This document shows positions 55,101 to 64,000 of a stretch of 64,000 bases of DNA, in pieces. Source of the stretch: Camelus dromedarius (taxonomy: Eukaryota); NCBI RefSeq assembly GCF_036321535.1, contig NC_087437.1, forward strand, positions 120,406,001 through 120,470,000, written 5' to 3'. The notes below the pieces were generated by a model. The model had not been told where the DNA came from, ran no database searches, and saw only the letters and a program-made list of their open reading frames with translations. How positions within the stretch are numbered: the first letter of the stretch is position 1; every line of letters starts with the position of its first letter. The position numbers were made by a program, and so were the translations under genes.

Positions 55101-58100
55101 GAAAACCCTTCTTTCTGAGGTAGAATTATTTGCATAACCAGTCCTTGAATAACCAATATTCTACAAGACCTGCTTTTTAAGTTTTTGTTAGTTTTTAGCT
55201 CATAGCAGTGAGCACTTTTTTGTTTTCTGTTTTACACTTTTAAGACCTCATTTTACTGCCAGACTTGCAGGCAAGGTTTTAAGAAAGTATGTTATTTCAA
55301 GGACTGAAGGCAGGGCTGAGAGCCCGACTGTCTCATGGCACAGATTTGTATCTGCTCCATTAAAGCAGAAGGCAGCTCACTGAGGGGACGGTGCCAGCCG
55401 GGGCCGAGCCACAAAGCTAGTCTCCCAACTGGCAGACTGACTCAGTGGAACAGCTGCAGGAATCAGTGGGGGAGTGAAGCAACGGGGATGGAGACGCGGA
55501 AAGGCCACAGGGAAAGGCGGGGACTACTGAACGCTCCCTCTCCACCTCATGCGCGTAGGCGATGATTCAAACAGCCCACGAAAATCCCAGAAGACACTCA
55601 TGTTAATCTGAAATCAAAAGTATTATCCACTTTCAATTAAAAATACCATGCTACAGAAATACTGACATTCAAAAAGCAAAGGAACAAAGTTTTAAGTGCC
55701 TTGGTTTTGAGGATATCATCAGTTTTTATGCAAACAGAATTTAACAAGAACTGGGGGGGAGTGTGCTCAGAGCTACTGCTGTGACTGCTTAAGTAAAGTA
55801 GCAATGCTTGAGGACAACGATTCCCAGCTCTACCGGACATCAGAATCCCCTGAAGACTTGTTGTAACACAGCCCGCGCAGCCCCATCCTCACACTTTCTG
55901 ATCCAGAAGGCCTGAGGTGGGCTTGAGAATCTGCATTTCTAACAAGTTCCCAGGTGAGGCTGATACTGCTGGCCTGGGAACAGATGCTGAGGACCACTGC
56001 TTCAGGACAACAGCCCGGCCCAGCGTCTCATCACTGACAAAACGCAATCAACACACAACTGGCGACAGCAAACAGGGGAACCCAGTGCTAGGAATGAGAA
56101 AAAGCGTAAAAATGGACGGGGGTGAAAGGCAGCCTGCCGTGAGCGCCTCAAAGGGCAGAGGCTGGAAAACGGAACAGCACTGCACCCTGAAGGAGAAGGC
56201 TCACAGACACTTCCTCCAGTGCAGCGCAGACACGAGAGGAGGGGCGCGGCTTTATGACCTGGGGGTCTGGGCCGCAAGGAAACTCAGCTGGGGTGGGGTG
56301 GGTGTTAGTGCCACGAACAATGAACAATGAATGCAGGGAGCCTACGTTTTCTAGAGACCATTTGCCAAGTCATACATTCAGTTAAGACCTTGAAATGGCT
56401 GGCAAAGCTTCCTCTAAAATGTGTTTCTTTGACACTACGCTGAAGTGACACAAGACCATTTCTTCTCCCTGAAGTCAGGTCTCTGTGCTTTTATGATGTA
56501 TTACGCCACTGCATGACTTTCACCAGGATTCTTTACTTTGTCCCACTAATCCTGGCCACCCGCGAAATCAACTATACCAATCAAGCACTATGCTTTGAAA
56601 ACTACGTATCTGCCTTCTGTAACGTTAAATGAAAACACATTTAATTACAAGTGAAATATGAACTGCAAATGGTCGCAGGCAAAAAGAAAAATTTTTTTAA
56701 AGCTAAGGTAAGATCATTGATGGCATAAAACTGTTTCTTTGCAGTTAACTTTTCATTTTTTCTTCTATTATTAAACTGTATGGTGCTCAAACGTGGTACA
56801 AGCCTTAGGGGTAAAAATATGTAGGAATTAATTAAGACCACCCAAAAGACTCTTCCATTAAGCTAATTTCATAGTCTCTCTCTCTACACAGCTGCTTATG
56901 ACCTTATTATAAGTTATCATAACAAAGGGACAGGGTTAAACCTTCTCACCCTGCCCCACCACCCACCCCAGCTCTCCAGAAAGCAGGTGCCTTTGTGCTG
57001 TCCAAGGCCACCGCCGTGTGGCCAGATAGGAGCACTGCTGCCACCTCCAGACAAAACACCCTCCTTGCATTTTTGACTTGGCCCACGGCTTACCTGCTAC
57101 CTAAACTACATGAGGGCAAGGATCGTCACGGGTCCTGATGCATCCCAAATGCCTAGAACAGTACATGGCACCTAGTAAGCACTTAATAAATATTTGCCAT
57201 GTAAATGAATTTCATTTCTTTATTCCTTCTGCTAATCCTTGGATAGAGGAAAAAACACGGTTGTTTTGATTACGTGTCTCTTCTATAACAAGGATATATA
57301 GCTTTTGCAATTTTTTTAAGAATCAGGGACAGAATGATTTTTTACGGACAGTGAATGATACATCGCATATGAGTAAGACATTATCTTACCCAGCCTCAGT
57401 ACTAGAACAGGAAGGGGCTGCCACCCAGCCTGGACTGTATTTCAACTACTAAGTTTAAGCACTCAAAAACAAACAGAAACAATCTAAATCACAGGCCACC
57501 TCAACATCTATGTATCTTCTGAAATTTACTTTTTTGATGGTATTAATTACATGACAGTGACTATCAGCTCATTCACAGGCAGGATACAGAGAGCCATAGA
57601 TGAGAAGCAGGGCTACCGAAACCCAGTGAAAGAAATTTACACTATAAAAAAAAGGAATCAATGTCTCCTGCCCTTTCTTTATCATCTGGCATGTTTATGT
57701 TACCATTTATATTATTTAATACATTATCAGATAATTCATGTTAATATGAAAATGTTTGTTAATTAAAATAGCTCAGTAAGGAGTCTCAAATCCAAAATAA
57801 AGGCTTTTTAAGCAATCAACTTCTGGCTTCTTATCACTAACAAGTTTAGAAAAGAATTTAGAATTACATACTGATGGATTCCTTCTTTACTTTGAGCTGC
57901 GATTTGAAGGGTGTATTAGTTTCCCAGATCAGACATAACAAAGTACCACAAACTGGGTGACTTAGAGCAGAAACGCGTTCTCTCACAGCTCTGGAGGCTA
58001 CAGCTTGAAATCGAAGTGCCGGCAGGGCCTCGCTCCCTCTGAAATCTGTGACCCTTTCCTGCCTCGTTCCCCCTCGGGTGGCCCCAGGCGCTCCTGGGTT

Positions 58101-61100
58101 TGCGGCAGTGTGCTCCCACCCCGCCTCTGCCTGTTTGGCTCCCCCCCCCCCCCGTCTCTCCGTGTTACCTTCCCTTTGTGGGTGTCCGTCTGTGTATCCA
58201 AATTCCCTCCTTTTATAAGGACACCAGTCATACTGGGTTAGGGCCCACCCCAAAGACCTGATCCTAATTTAACCAGCCTTCAAAAATGTAAGTTAAAAAA
58301 GTGAAAAGATGAGAATATTCCAGGACTCATTTAAAAAAAAAAACAAACTTCTCAGTTAAAGAACTTAAATGCATTTCCAGGCAAACAACACTAATTAGCT
58401 GTCAAAATTTTAAAACAAACCTAAGGGATGGGGAGGAGACTTGAAACCAGAATATGGAAATAGCGTTTTTGTCCTGCACTGCCAAAAATCTGCTGCTTTT
58501 TCTAACGTAAAGGCCACTGGAACACTCTTTTACAAGAGAAACAAAATGTGTGACTAATAGGAATCTGTCCTCCCCTGGTGCTGCCAACGTACCCGCACCA
58601 CCTTTTCCCATCTCCACGGTGGAGCTCAGTCTGCTTGTGAACTGCCAGGGGAAGGATCCCATCTTACCCTTGTTATATGCCCACGTTACCCAGCGGACCT
58701 TGGCAAATGCGTCATACTGAGAATACCTGCCTGCCTGATTTATCAACTGAATTCTACCACAAAACACTAAGATCAATCTTGCTGAACCCAAATGAACCAG
58801 AGTCAGGGACCTGTGCTTTTCATTTACTGGCACACAAACAGAATGCTGGCTGGGCAAGAGCGGTACATTCAAGTAACGGATGTCTTGACTACCTTTCTCC
58901 TTCTCTGTCCCTAGACCCCCGTGTCTGTCTCCCCCTTCCCAGGCCCTGCCTTCTGGACAGTCCCCACATGCCCTTCAGATCTGCTCTCATCCTGCTCTGC
59001 CCCAGGAGGCTCAGTCAGCACCCACAGCAACCGGGCTCCCCTCCTGTGGCTTCCTGTTGGAACTGCACAGTGACGGCCCCCACAGGAAACGAGGACAGGA
59101 GGCAGATGGGACTTCTACCTGCCCACTGAGTCACCCCTGCCAGGTTCAAGCAGCAGCGACCTCCTCCTCCCAGCTGAGGCCCTGGTCCTACCAGCGCCCG
59201 GCCCCCTGCTGGTCCGGAAGCTCCCTGGGAGACCACAGGGCCCCACTCTTACGGTCCCCTAAACCCTGCCCCACGCCTGTCTGTCATCCCTTCACCACTC
59301 TCAGTCTCCCTTTCCGTCTCCTGCCAGGACTTGGATTGACACACTCTGATATTATCAAATTTGGGCCACAATACATAAACTTCGGGTCAAATTAAATAAT
59401 CTCTTCTTGGCACCCATTCTTCAATGATTATCCCACCCTTCATCGATTATCTCTCCCATTCATGTTTCTACCGGCCAGAATAATTCTTCGCTGAGCTGAA
59501 ACAGAGGTCTACTCTCTTCTCATTAATATCAAACTGCTGGGAAATTAATCTCAAAACCCCTACAACTGCTTCAGAAATCATGCAGTGCAGTGCTTCTCAA
59601 ACCCCACTGCTAAGAACCCAAGGCCTCAGGGATGCTCATGGTTCTGTAAATCTTTAATTAGTATTTCCATTTTACAATAAGTTTTTAATCATTTTATTTG
59701 GAAGTAATTTCAAGCTTACAAAATGTCGTATAAATAAAAATACTACAAATACCACCCACACACCCTTTACCCTGACTTACCTACCGTCAACACTTCTCCA
59801 CATTTGCTCATCACCTGCACACACACACATTTTTTTCAGCCAGTTTAGGGTAAGTTACATATATCGTGGCCCTTTATTTCTAAATACGTCAGTGAATATT
59901 TTCTAAGAATAGGGATAATGTCTTAGGTACCCAGTATACAGTTGTCAACTCCAGGAAAATTAATATTAATACATTTATCTAACCTACCACGAACATTAGA
60001 AATTTTGTCAAATGACCTAAAATTGCCTTTTGCAGCACTCTCTCCCCCCAAGGTACAGCATCCAGTCTAAGGTCAGGTATTGCATTTAACTGTCATGTAG
60101 CTTTAGTCCCCTTTAATTTGGAACATCTCCATAACCTGTCTTTTCTGTATGACCTCAAACAATATATTTTTAACAACTTAAAAATCGTAATACCACATGC
60201 GGAAGAACTTCCACTTCCAGCTAGCACGGTGGTACAGCAGATCAGTCTTCCCTAGAGAATAACCAAAAAGTGGAATTTGAACAAACCAAAAAAACTGTTT
60301 CAAGGTAACTGAGAGTTACCAAGTCACACAGGCCTTGAGAGCCAAGACCTAGGGAAGAAGGAAACACACTTAAGTGAGTGAGCTCCACTTTCTCCCCCAC
60401 TCTTCCCCAAAGCATCTGCATATTCAAGTTTTTTGGTCTTTATCCTAAGAGCAATGGAAGCTGACTTAAGCAGAGTGGCTTGTTAAAAATTCTTCAAGCT
60501 GTGGTATACAGAATGGACTGGCAAGGGGCAATGAGTGGACACTCTGAGGAAGCAGAGATTCAGACAAAATGGCAGGGCCTGGACACAGGTGAAGGCAGTG
60601 GCAATGGAGGCGGGCTGACAAATTCTGGATGCAGCCACGAAGGGAATGGCACAGGACTTACTGGCAGAGGGGCTGGGGGTGGAAGGGAAGTGAATAGTGA
60701 GAGGAAGGGTGAGCAACAAGGAGGATCCCAGGTCTCTGTCTGGATGGGGGTGCCCTGGGGAGGCTGAGAAAGCCCAGTGTCCAGTGGAGTGGGGAAGGGA
60801 AACTTGCTAGGCTGGGATACAAGACACATAAAGCTGGCCACCAAGTTAATGGGAAATAGTTTCTCCCAAGGACATACTGCAAGAGTGAAGTGTCATAATG
60901 ACCCCTTCTTTCAGTGACTGCTGATTTCTTGTTCAGAGAAAGTCCCTTCTATAAAATCCTAGACTTCCAGAAATTTTGCTGTTTGGAATTATATCAGTAA
61001 GAAGGAGGAAGCATCCGCTGTCTCCTGCAGGGTGGAAGGCACTGTGACACAGAGCAGCAGCCTTGATACCCAGCTAGCTGCAGAGCTTCAAATAGAGGAT

Positions 61101-63414
61101 TTCTAAACACCACGTTCTACCAGCTATCTAAATTTTGTGGTTTTCAAGGAAACAGGACCTGGGTCCACTGCAGTGAGACCTGATGCTGACCCCTTCACAC
61201 ACAGCCCTACCTTGCTTGGAGCCCATGAAAACACAGCTTCATCTGTATTTCATCTAAACTGAACCCTGCTCCAAATCCTAGAGCAACTAGCCCTTTCCTC
61301 TGTTGGCAAGACGCTCACTTCCTCTGGTGTGTGGTCTCCCTTATTTCACGAGCCAGTAATCTGACCTTGTCAGACTACAGGTCCTTCCTGACGGTTGCAG
61401 GCCAATCAGGCTAAAACAAACATTTAGAATTTGTAATGAATGTAAAACATGCGAGAAGAAATGCCAAGGAGGAGTCAGATACAGCGCCCTGAGCCTGGAG
61501 GAGAGGTCAGGAAGGATAAATCCAAGAACCACCAGCATCAAGATGGCTACTAAAGCTATGTGTGTGCACAGACTGCCCACAGAGAGGCCATGGAGCGAGG
61601 ACAGAAGGGGGCCTAGGCCTGAGCCTCAAGCAACTCCTCCAGCTGAAAGGCTGCTGCAAAGAAAGATGAACTAGCTAAGCAGACTGAGAAGAAACAGCCA
61701 GAGAGGCCAGGAGGAAAAGAGGTGACGACACGGCTGGGGAAGGCCAAGGACTGGGGAGCAAGATCTCCTGAAGTTCAACTTTGATCAAGTCACTACGCAT
61801 GTGTTTGTAGGCCTCCCTTTTATAAGCACTAGTATGATTTTGGCAGAGGACTAATCTCCAAAAATTGACTCATGCTAAGCAACCCTTGAGACTTTGATGT
61901 ACTTTTCAGAATGCCAAGTTAATGTGCAACAAGAAACATAAACTACCCAGCAGGCTGACATCCTCAGCTGCTGGTTGGCACTTTCCTTCCCTGAAGATAA
62001 ATGCACAGAGGATGACTAACTGCTCTCAGAAAGTTGCTGACGGAGCACGAGGTCAGAACTAGGGAGATCAAGAAGCCAGTGACCTGGAGCTTATCTGGCA
62101 GGGTCCCAACAGGAAACAAAGCAAACTAGATGTTCACTTTATGAGAAGGGCTACTTACAGAAGAGACAGCAAGGGGTAAGAAACCCAAGAAGGGATGGAA
62201 AGGCACCCAGGACTAGCAGCACCCTCTGGCTGAAAGAACGAGGGAAGAAAAAGGTTGCTGGAGCCCAGTGAGAGCTGGGACTGCAGAGAAGGCCCCTGAG
62301 CAGGAGGCACAGTGGAAATAGCAGGAGGAAACATCCCAACCGTTTTCTGCCCACTGATGCCTTCCACTGGTGAGCCCTACCGGCAGCCAGCAAGGAAGCA
62401 AGAGGCATGCAGTCCGCAGCAGTCCACCTCCCCGCACACCACGGGTCAGGGGAGAGTGGATCTGAGGATTCAAAAGAGAGAATAAACAGGCAGGGCACAT
62501 GGTAGCCATGAGCATTCCCCCTTCTAACTGGATATGGCTGCCGCCTTGACCGGATACATCTCCTCAAACCAGAAACTCAAGATACGTCCTTGTCTAGTGC
62601 TAAAGACGTGAACCGGCCCCCCAAGATACATCTCCTCTAGAGGCTACGCAGTGATGGCTAGCAGTCAAAAGCAACGTGGGAAGTGAACCTTAACCACTGC
62701 AGGCTGTGTAACTGTAACACACCCTCCATCAGACAAGTGCTGTGTCAATCCCGAAACCACTCCAAGAGCTTCTGCAGGCTGACACCTGACACCATAGCCA
62801 AGCTCAAATCTCAGCATCCACACGGACAAGCCCTAGTGAGCCTGAAATCAAACCAGCGCTAGAAACTGGCCCGCTCCTCAGCCCAGAGAAACACCGGAGT
62901 CCATGCAAGGCTGCCTCGTGGCAAGACCCCTGACTTACACAGACAAGGGCTTAATTCTTAGAATAGAGCTTTTAAGCTATAAATTTCCTGCCGAGGAAGA
63001 AAGGAGGAGAAAGAAAAGCTGGTTAACAGATACTCAGAAAGCTGGCAACCCTTCCTCCAACACAAACTTACACATCCAAGTTACTCATCTGTGGGCATCT
63101 CCTTTACTTATGTCTTATCTGACTCTCCCAAACGTAATTACAAAGACTGTAATGGTATCTTAAAGTTTACTTATAATCACTTCATGGTTATTTACATAAA
63201 GTAAATCTGCTCAAACAGATTGCTGTCACCATCAATGACTGCTAAAGATGAAGTAAGACTCACTTTTTTCTACAGTCTTTAATTTCTGGAAGCTTTCCAG
63301 TACTTCCCCGTTTAGTATTCTGGGTAAGAAGTCCCGGATTTGCATCACTTCAGTTGTCAGACGTTCCAGGTCGTACTTTCTGACTTTAACAAATTCTTCT
63401 TTAGTTCCCATGTG
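818..63414 (-). CDS. HSF2BP: HSF2BP/MEILB2 spliced CDS, 5'-partial (7 coding exons in window; about 12 N-terminal codons lie beyond the window)
   Basis: Exons of 151+104+150+133+118+104+209 = 969 nt join in frame through GT-AG introns. The product runs [34 protein letters not shown]...[13 protein letters not shown], which I recognise as HSF2BP (N-terminal coiled coil plus armadillo domain). Confidence 0.97.
1289..1514 (+). mobile_element. Young 5'-truncated LINE-1 3' end with TSD
   Basis: Artiodactyl-type L1 3' UTR (gtagcacagggaaa...cacaacattgtaaaatgactataactcaattaaaaa) with A tail; TSD aaga(c/a)tacaaggactt at 1273-1288 and 1515-1530. Confidence 0.85.
2554..2769 (+). mobile_element. hAT-Charlie MER58(B)-like MITE
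   Basis: Terminal inverted repeats cagaggttggca...tgctgacctctg; internal tgagctaag...ggttttcaca motif. Confidence 0.7.
2965..3805 (+). mobile_element. Degraded LINE-1 ORF2/3' UTR fragments
   Basis: ttcaataaatggtgctgg motif; ORFs give FYEA-like [15 protein letters not shown] and [20 protein letters not shown], both L1 ORF2 motifs. Confidence 0.85.
6440..8325 (+). mobile_element. Old LINE-1 ORF1 remnant through ORF2 endonuclease region, interrupted by a SINE
   Basis: ORF1-like tgtcaaccttgaattctacacccagcaaaagtatcttcc; endonuclease-like acataacaatcctaaacgtttacgcacttaataacagagc and attaaactagaaatcaata. Confidence 0.75.
7270..7399 (+). mobile_element. Camelid tRNA-derived SINE (Vic-1-like)
   Basis: ggggagggtctagctcagtggtagagc (A box)...gggttca (B box), taaacaaa repeats and A tail; degenerate TSD aaacaaagggaa/aaccaaagagaa. 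Confidence 0.85.
10193..10229. repeat. (CA)n/(CACG)n microsatellite
   Basis: Read directly from the sequence. Confidence 0.9.
13009..13193. repeat. Compound (TG)n microsatellite with TA/CA/CG interruptions
   Basis: About 185 nt of mostly alternating purine-pyrimidine sequence. Confidence 0.95.
14660..14830 (+). mobile_element. MIR-like SINE remnant
   Basis: attctcacagccaccctttgaggcagg...ctattttgtggatgacaa...aagggactcaccca resembles the MIR core. Confidence 0.5.
17165..17425 (-). mobile_element. LINE-1 ORF2-end/3' UTR fragment, GC-shifted
   Basis: cttcactcagcgtaacatcctcaagg...gatggatgttgaggccgcttcc...aatgctgccgtaaacgtgggtgtgca follows the reverse L1 consensus. Confidence 0.75.
17600..18092 (-). 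mobile_element. Young LINE-1 3' end with (TTTC)n/(TC)n-converted tail, same sense as HSF2BP
   Basis: Reverse complement of the same 3' UTR family as 1289-1514 (ttttattgaagtacagtcagtttacaatgttgtgtcaatttc...). Confidence 0.85.
18120..20760 (-). mobile_element. Ancient LINE-1 (L1M-type) ORF1/ORF2 fragments
   Basis: T-rich plus strand with attttgccttcattttgaagagcagtttagctgga and aaatccagtctgaca, typical of reverse L1 ORF1/endonuclease sequence. Confidence 0.65.
21440..21710 (-). mobile_element. LINE-2 remnant
   Basis: gactccaagg-like motif and gggagagaggtttgggctaaagatacaagttggg. Confidence 0.6.
21900..22500 (+). mobile_element. CR1/L3 LINE remnant split by a MIR (about 22210-22415)
   Basis: agaggttaaaggaaatgag and aaggaaatgagcttt...aagatttaggtta resemble the L3 3' end; the MIR segment has cccattctgcaggtcagaaaa. 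Confidence 0.5.
24340..26070 (+). mobile_element. Old LINE-1 (L1M) ORF2-3' UTR with a nested young L1 3' end at about 24841-24997
   Basis: aaatgtcaattctccccaaa, tgattttcaacaaaggtgc and cccagagaaatgaaagcata motifs; the nested piece is flanked by aaa(c/a)taa(c/t)agaaga. Confidence 0.8.
26747..26850 (-). CDS. HSF2BP: HSF2BP coding exon (104 nt): [34 protein letters not shown]
   Basis: Acceptor ctcttttgcgtttcag|G, donor AGTG|gtaagg; lies inside ORF 26652..26894. Confidence 0.96.
28478..28740 (+). mobile_element. Possible hAT-Tip100-type DNA transposon fragment
   Basis: aggcgcttgctttggccaccattttaaggggtgccaaaaa resembles a recalled Tip100-family left end; family uncertain. Confidence 0.35.
28795..29025 (-). 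mobile_element. LINE-1 ORF2 C-terminal fragment
   Basis: ORF 28785..29009 reads [15 protein letters not shown], an L1 ORF2 C-terminal motif. Confidence 0.75.
29630..29743 (+). mobile_element. MER58A-like right end
   Basis: tctggccctttagaggaaaagtttgccaacccctg terminal repeat. Confidence 0.7.
33740..34755 (+). mobile_element. Ancient L1M 5' region remnant
   Basis: Starts ttccaggtaagatggagtaaatgcac; later acaggatttaaacaagacccagagtctc and gacaaagacttaaagaagctg. Confidence 0.5.
34765..35344 (+). mobile_element. MaLR LTR (MLT1D/E-like), solo
   Basis: cagcaaggaaacagggacctcagtccta, ctggattcttccagcaacctg and the 3' end gccactaagctgtggtaatttgtt..acagcagcagaaaac. Confidence 0.8.
35650..35767 (-). CDS. 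HSF2BP: HSF2BP coding exon (118 nt): (N)[38 protein letters not shown](V)
   Basis: Acceptor ttttctcttcctgttgcag|AT, donor AAAGT|gtacgg. Retains the CGRE arginine equivalent to human R200 (BRCA2 binding). Confidence 0.95.
36768..36850 (-). mobile_element. 83-nt young LINE-1 3' end with perfect 10-bp TSD
   Basis: tataaaagtt at 36758-36767 and 36851-36860; the body is the reverse complement of the 1289-1514 family end. Confidence 0.85.
37320..37803 (+). mobile_element. MaLR LTR (older MLT1 type)
   Basis: 3' end agcaaaataaatgactgctgttt...gtttggggcagtttgttacatagcagtagac...aaca. Confidence 0.75.
38310..39650 (+). mobile_element. LINE-1 (L1MB-like) ORF2 C-terminus plus 3' UTR
   Basis: ORF 38730..39209 gives KRQP...[10 protein letters not shown]...NRHFSKE...HMKR.S.SL.IR.MQIKT.MRYH; ends ctcaataaagctgtt. 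Confidence 0.9.
40693..40892 (+). mobile_element. MER20 hAT-Charlie MITE with 8-bp TSD
   Basis: gacatttggcaacatctggagac...ctagtgggtagag core; inverted ends; flanks ctctgggg and ctctaggg. Confidence 0.85.
44750..44882 (-). CDS. HSF2BP: HSF2BP coding exon (133 nt): [44 protein letters not shown]
   Basis: Acceptor actttcag|GAT, donor ACAA|gtgagt; open frame. Confidence 0.95.
46606..46755 (-). CDS. HSF2BP: HSF2BP coding exon (150 nt): [50 protein letters not shown]
   Basis: Acceptor ttttgctttcag|GAG, donor GGG|gtaagg; lies inside ORF 46360..46800. Confidence 0.96.
48175..52480 (+). mobile_element. Nested LINE-1 cluster (outer L1MB-like, inner L1, small L1 3' piece, SINE)
   Basis: Several successive L1 ORF2/3' UTR motif sets ([48 protein letters not shown]); structure described in findings. 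Confidence 0.85.
49746..49900 (+). mobile_element. Camelid tRNA-derived SINE (Vic-1-like), second copy
   Basis: Same body as the 7270 copy (catgcttagcatgca..aggtcctg.gttca) with aaacctaattacc tail. Confidence 0.85.
53578..53635. repeat. AT-rich short tandem repeat, unit about aacctaaaatatt, roughly 4 copies
   Basis: Read directly from the sequence. Confidence 0.75.
54916..55019 (-). CDS. HSF2BP: HSF2BP coding exon (104 nt): (N)[34 protein letters not shown]
   Basis: Acceptor ctttcttgtag|AC, donor AAG|gtacga; phases match both neighbouring exons. Confidence 0.95.
55815..55999. mobile_element. MER5A hAT-Charlie MITE
   Basis: gagaatctgcatttctaacaagttcccaggtgaggctgatactgctgg...gaccactg. Confidence 0.85.
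57912..58275 (-). mobile_element. MaLR LTR (MLT1A-D-like)
   Basis: tgtattagtttcc...cataacaaagtaccacaaactgggtgactta...ttttataaggacaccagtcatactgggttagggcccaccc. Confidence 0.85.
58890..59343. mobile_element. Old ERVL-class LTR (LTR16/LTR33-like)
   Basis: ctgctctgccccaggaggct, ggcttcctgttgg and the end tctcctgccaggac..gattgacaca. Confidence 0.5.
59690..60150 (-). mobile_element. Old L1 (L1MC/ME-like) 3' UTR
   Basis: ttttatttggaagtaatttcaagcttaca...gtattgcatttaactgtcatgt..ctttagt. Confidence 0.7.
60430..60765 (-). mobile_element. LINE-2 remnant (further pieces near 61470-61760)
   Basis: ctttatcctaagagcaatggaag...agaatggactg...ggcagtggcaatggag motifs. Confidence 0.6.
62090..62490. mobile_element. 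Old ERVL-class LTR (LTR33/41-like)
   Basis: Starts cagggtcccaacaggaaaca; ends cagccagcaagg...agagtggatctgagg. Confidence 0.45.
63264..63414 (-). CDS. HSF2BP: HSF2BP coding exon (151 nt): [50 protein letters not shown]
   Basis: Acceptor cttttag|CAC, donor AAAA|gtgagt; open frame. Confidence 0.95.
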
Positions 63415-63729
63415 CTAAAAGGACAAGCAGATCTTAAGATTATTACACTTCCCTTCAGATGACTGAAATTAGCAGCCCAAGTCAGCTGGCTTCCTTTTCT
63501 TTAAGGCCTCTTTTTTTTGTGTGTGCTCATTAATTGTCTCTAAAACATGTGCCCTCTGCTATGCATATTATATCCTGAGAGCTGAAGCTCCAGCCTTCAA
63601 ATTGCGAGCCAATTTTTTCTAAGTACAAACGAGGCCCTATTCCTAAAAGCCAAAGAAAATGCCAGCAATATTTTCTTAACATTCCAGAGCCAAGCTAATC
63701 AGGAGGAAAAGGAATTTTACTGGATTCCC

Positions 63730-64000
63730 AGTGGGAGCGCCAGCCCTTTGCGGGCCACCTGACTTCGTATTCCCCACGACCCTCAAGGCTGTCCGGGTCA
63801 GGAACCAGGGCACAGCGGGGCGAGGAGACTCACAGTAACACCAGTACCAGGGGCACACCAGGATCTGAATCCAGGTGTGGCTCCCAAGTCCAGCTCCTGC
63901 TCCGGCATCCCGTGCAGCGGCTGCAGCAGCCGGGCACCGCGATGCCGAACCAGCGTTAGGGCCTCGAGGGCGGCCCGGGCCCAGGGTGGCACAGGAGCTC
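63730..64000. promoter_or_regulatory. Edge of CpG-rich 5' region of HSF2BP
   Basis: GC and CpG content rise at the window end, upstream of the first visible exon. The promoter itself is outside the window. Confidence 0.5.

Noticed and set aside
62553..62637. Repeated 13-mer gatacatctcctc
   Set aside because: Only two copies, with no A tail or element body between them; not interpretable beyond a small local duplication.
63829..63870. Donor-like ACT|gtgagt as the end of the ATG-containing exon
   Set aside because: The upstream sequence does not encode anything like the expected HSF2BP N-terminus; the true exon is probably beyond 64000.
1..64000. Novel multi-gene system, CRISPR array or prokaryotic-type locus
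   Set aside because: The sequence is explained by one spliced mammalian gene plus interspersed repeats. There is no regular repeat-spacer array and no operon-like ORF cluster.

Overview
Mammalian genomic DNA, almost certainly camelid (Camelus/Vicugna/Lama), judged from two Vic-1-type tRNA-derived SINEs and young artiodactyl-type L1 3' ends. Nearly the whole window is the minus-strand gene HSF2BP (MEILB2), the meiotic BRCA2/BRME1 partner. Seven coding exons (63414-63264, 55019-54916, 46755-46606, 44882-44750, 35767-35650, 26850-26747, 1026-818) all have GT-AG boundaries. They splice in frame to 969 nt (322 codons plus TAG), followed by a 3' UTR with AATAAA at 315-310. The start-codon exon and promoter lie beyond the right edge. 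Introns hold L1, L2, CR1/L3, MIR, MaLR/ERVL LTR and hAT remnants; repeat subfamily names are from recalled consensus sequences and their boundaries are approximate. I found no evidence of a new multi-gene system. The best observations are patchy AT-to-GC erosion (suggesting GC-biased gene conversion) that may reach the terminal coding exon, a candidate alternative terminal exon, a nested L1/SINE cluster, and several very short TSD-flanked retro-insertions.
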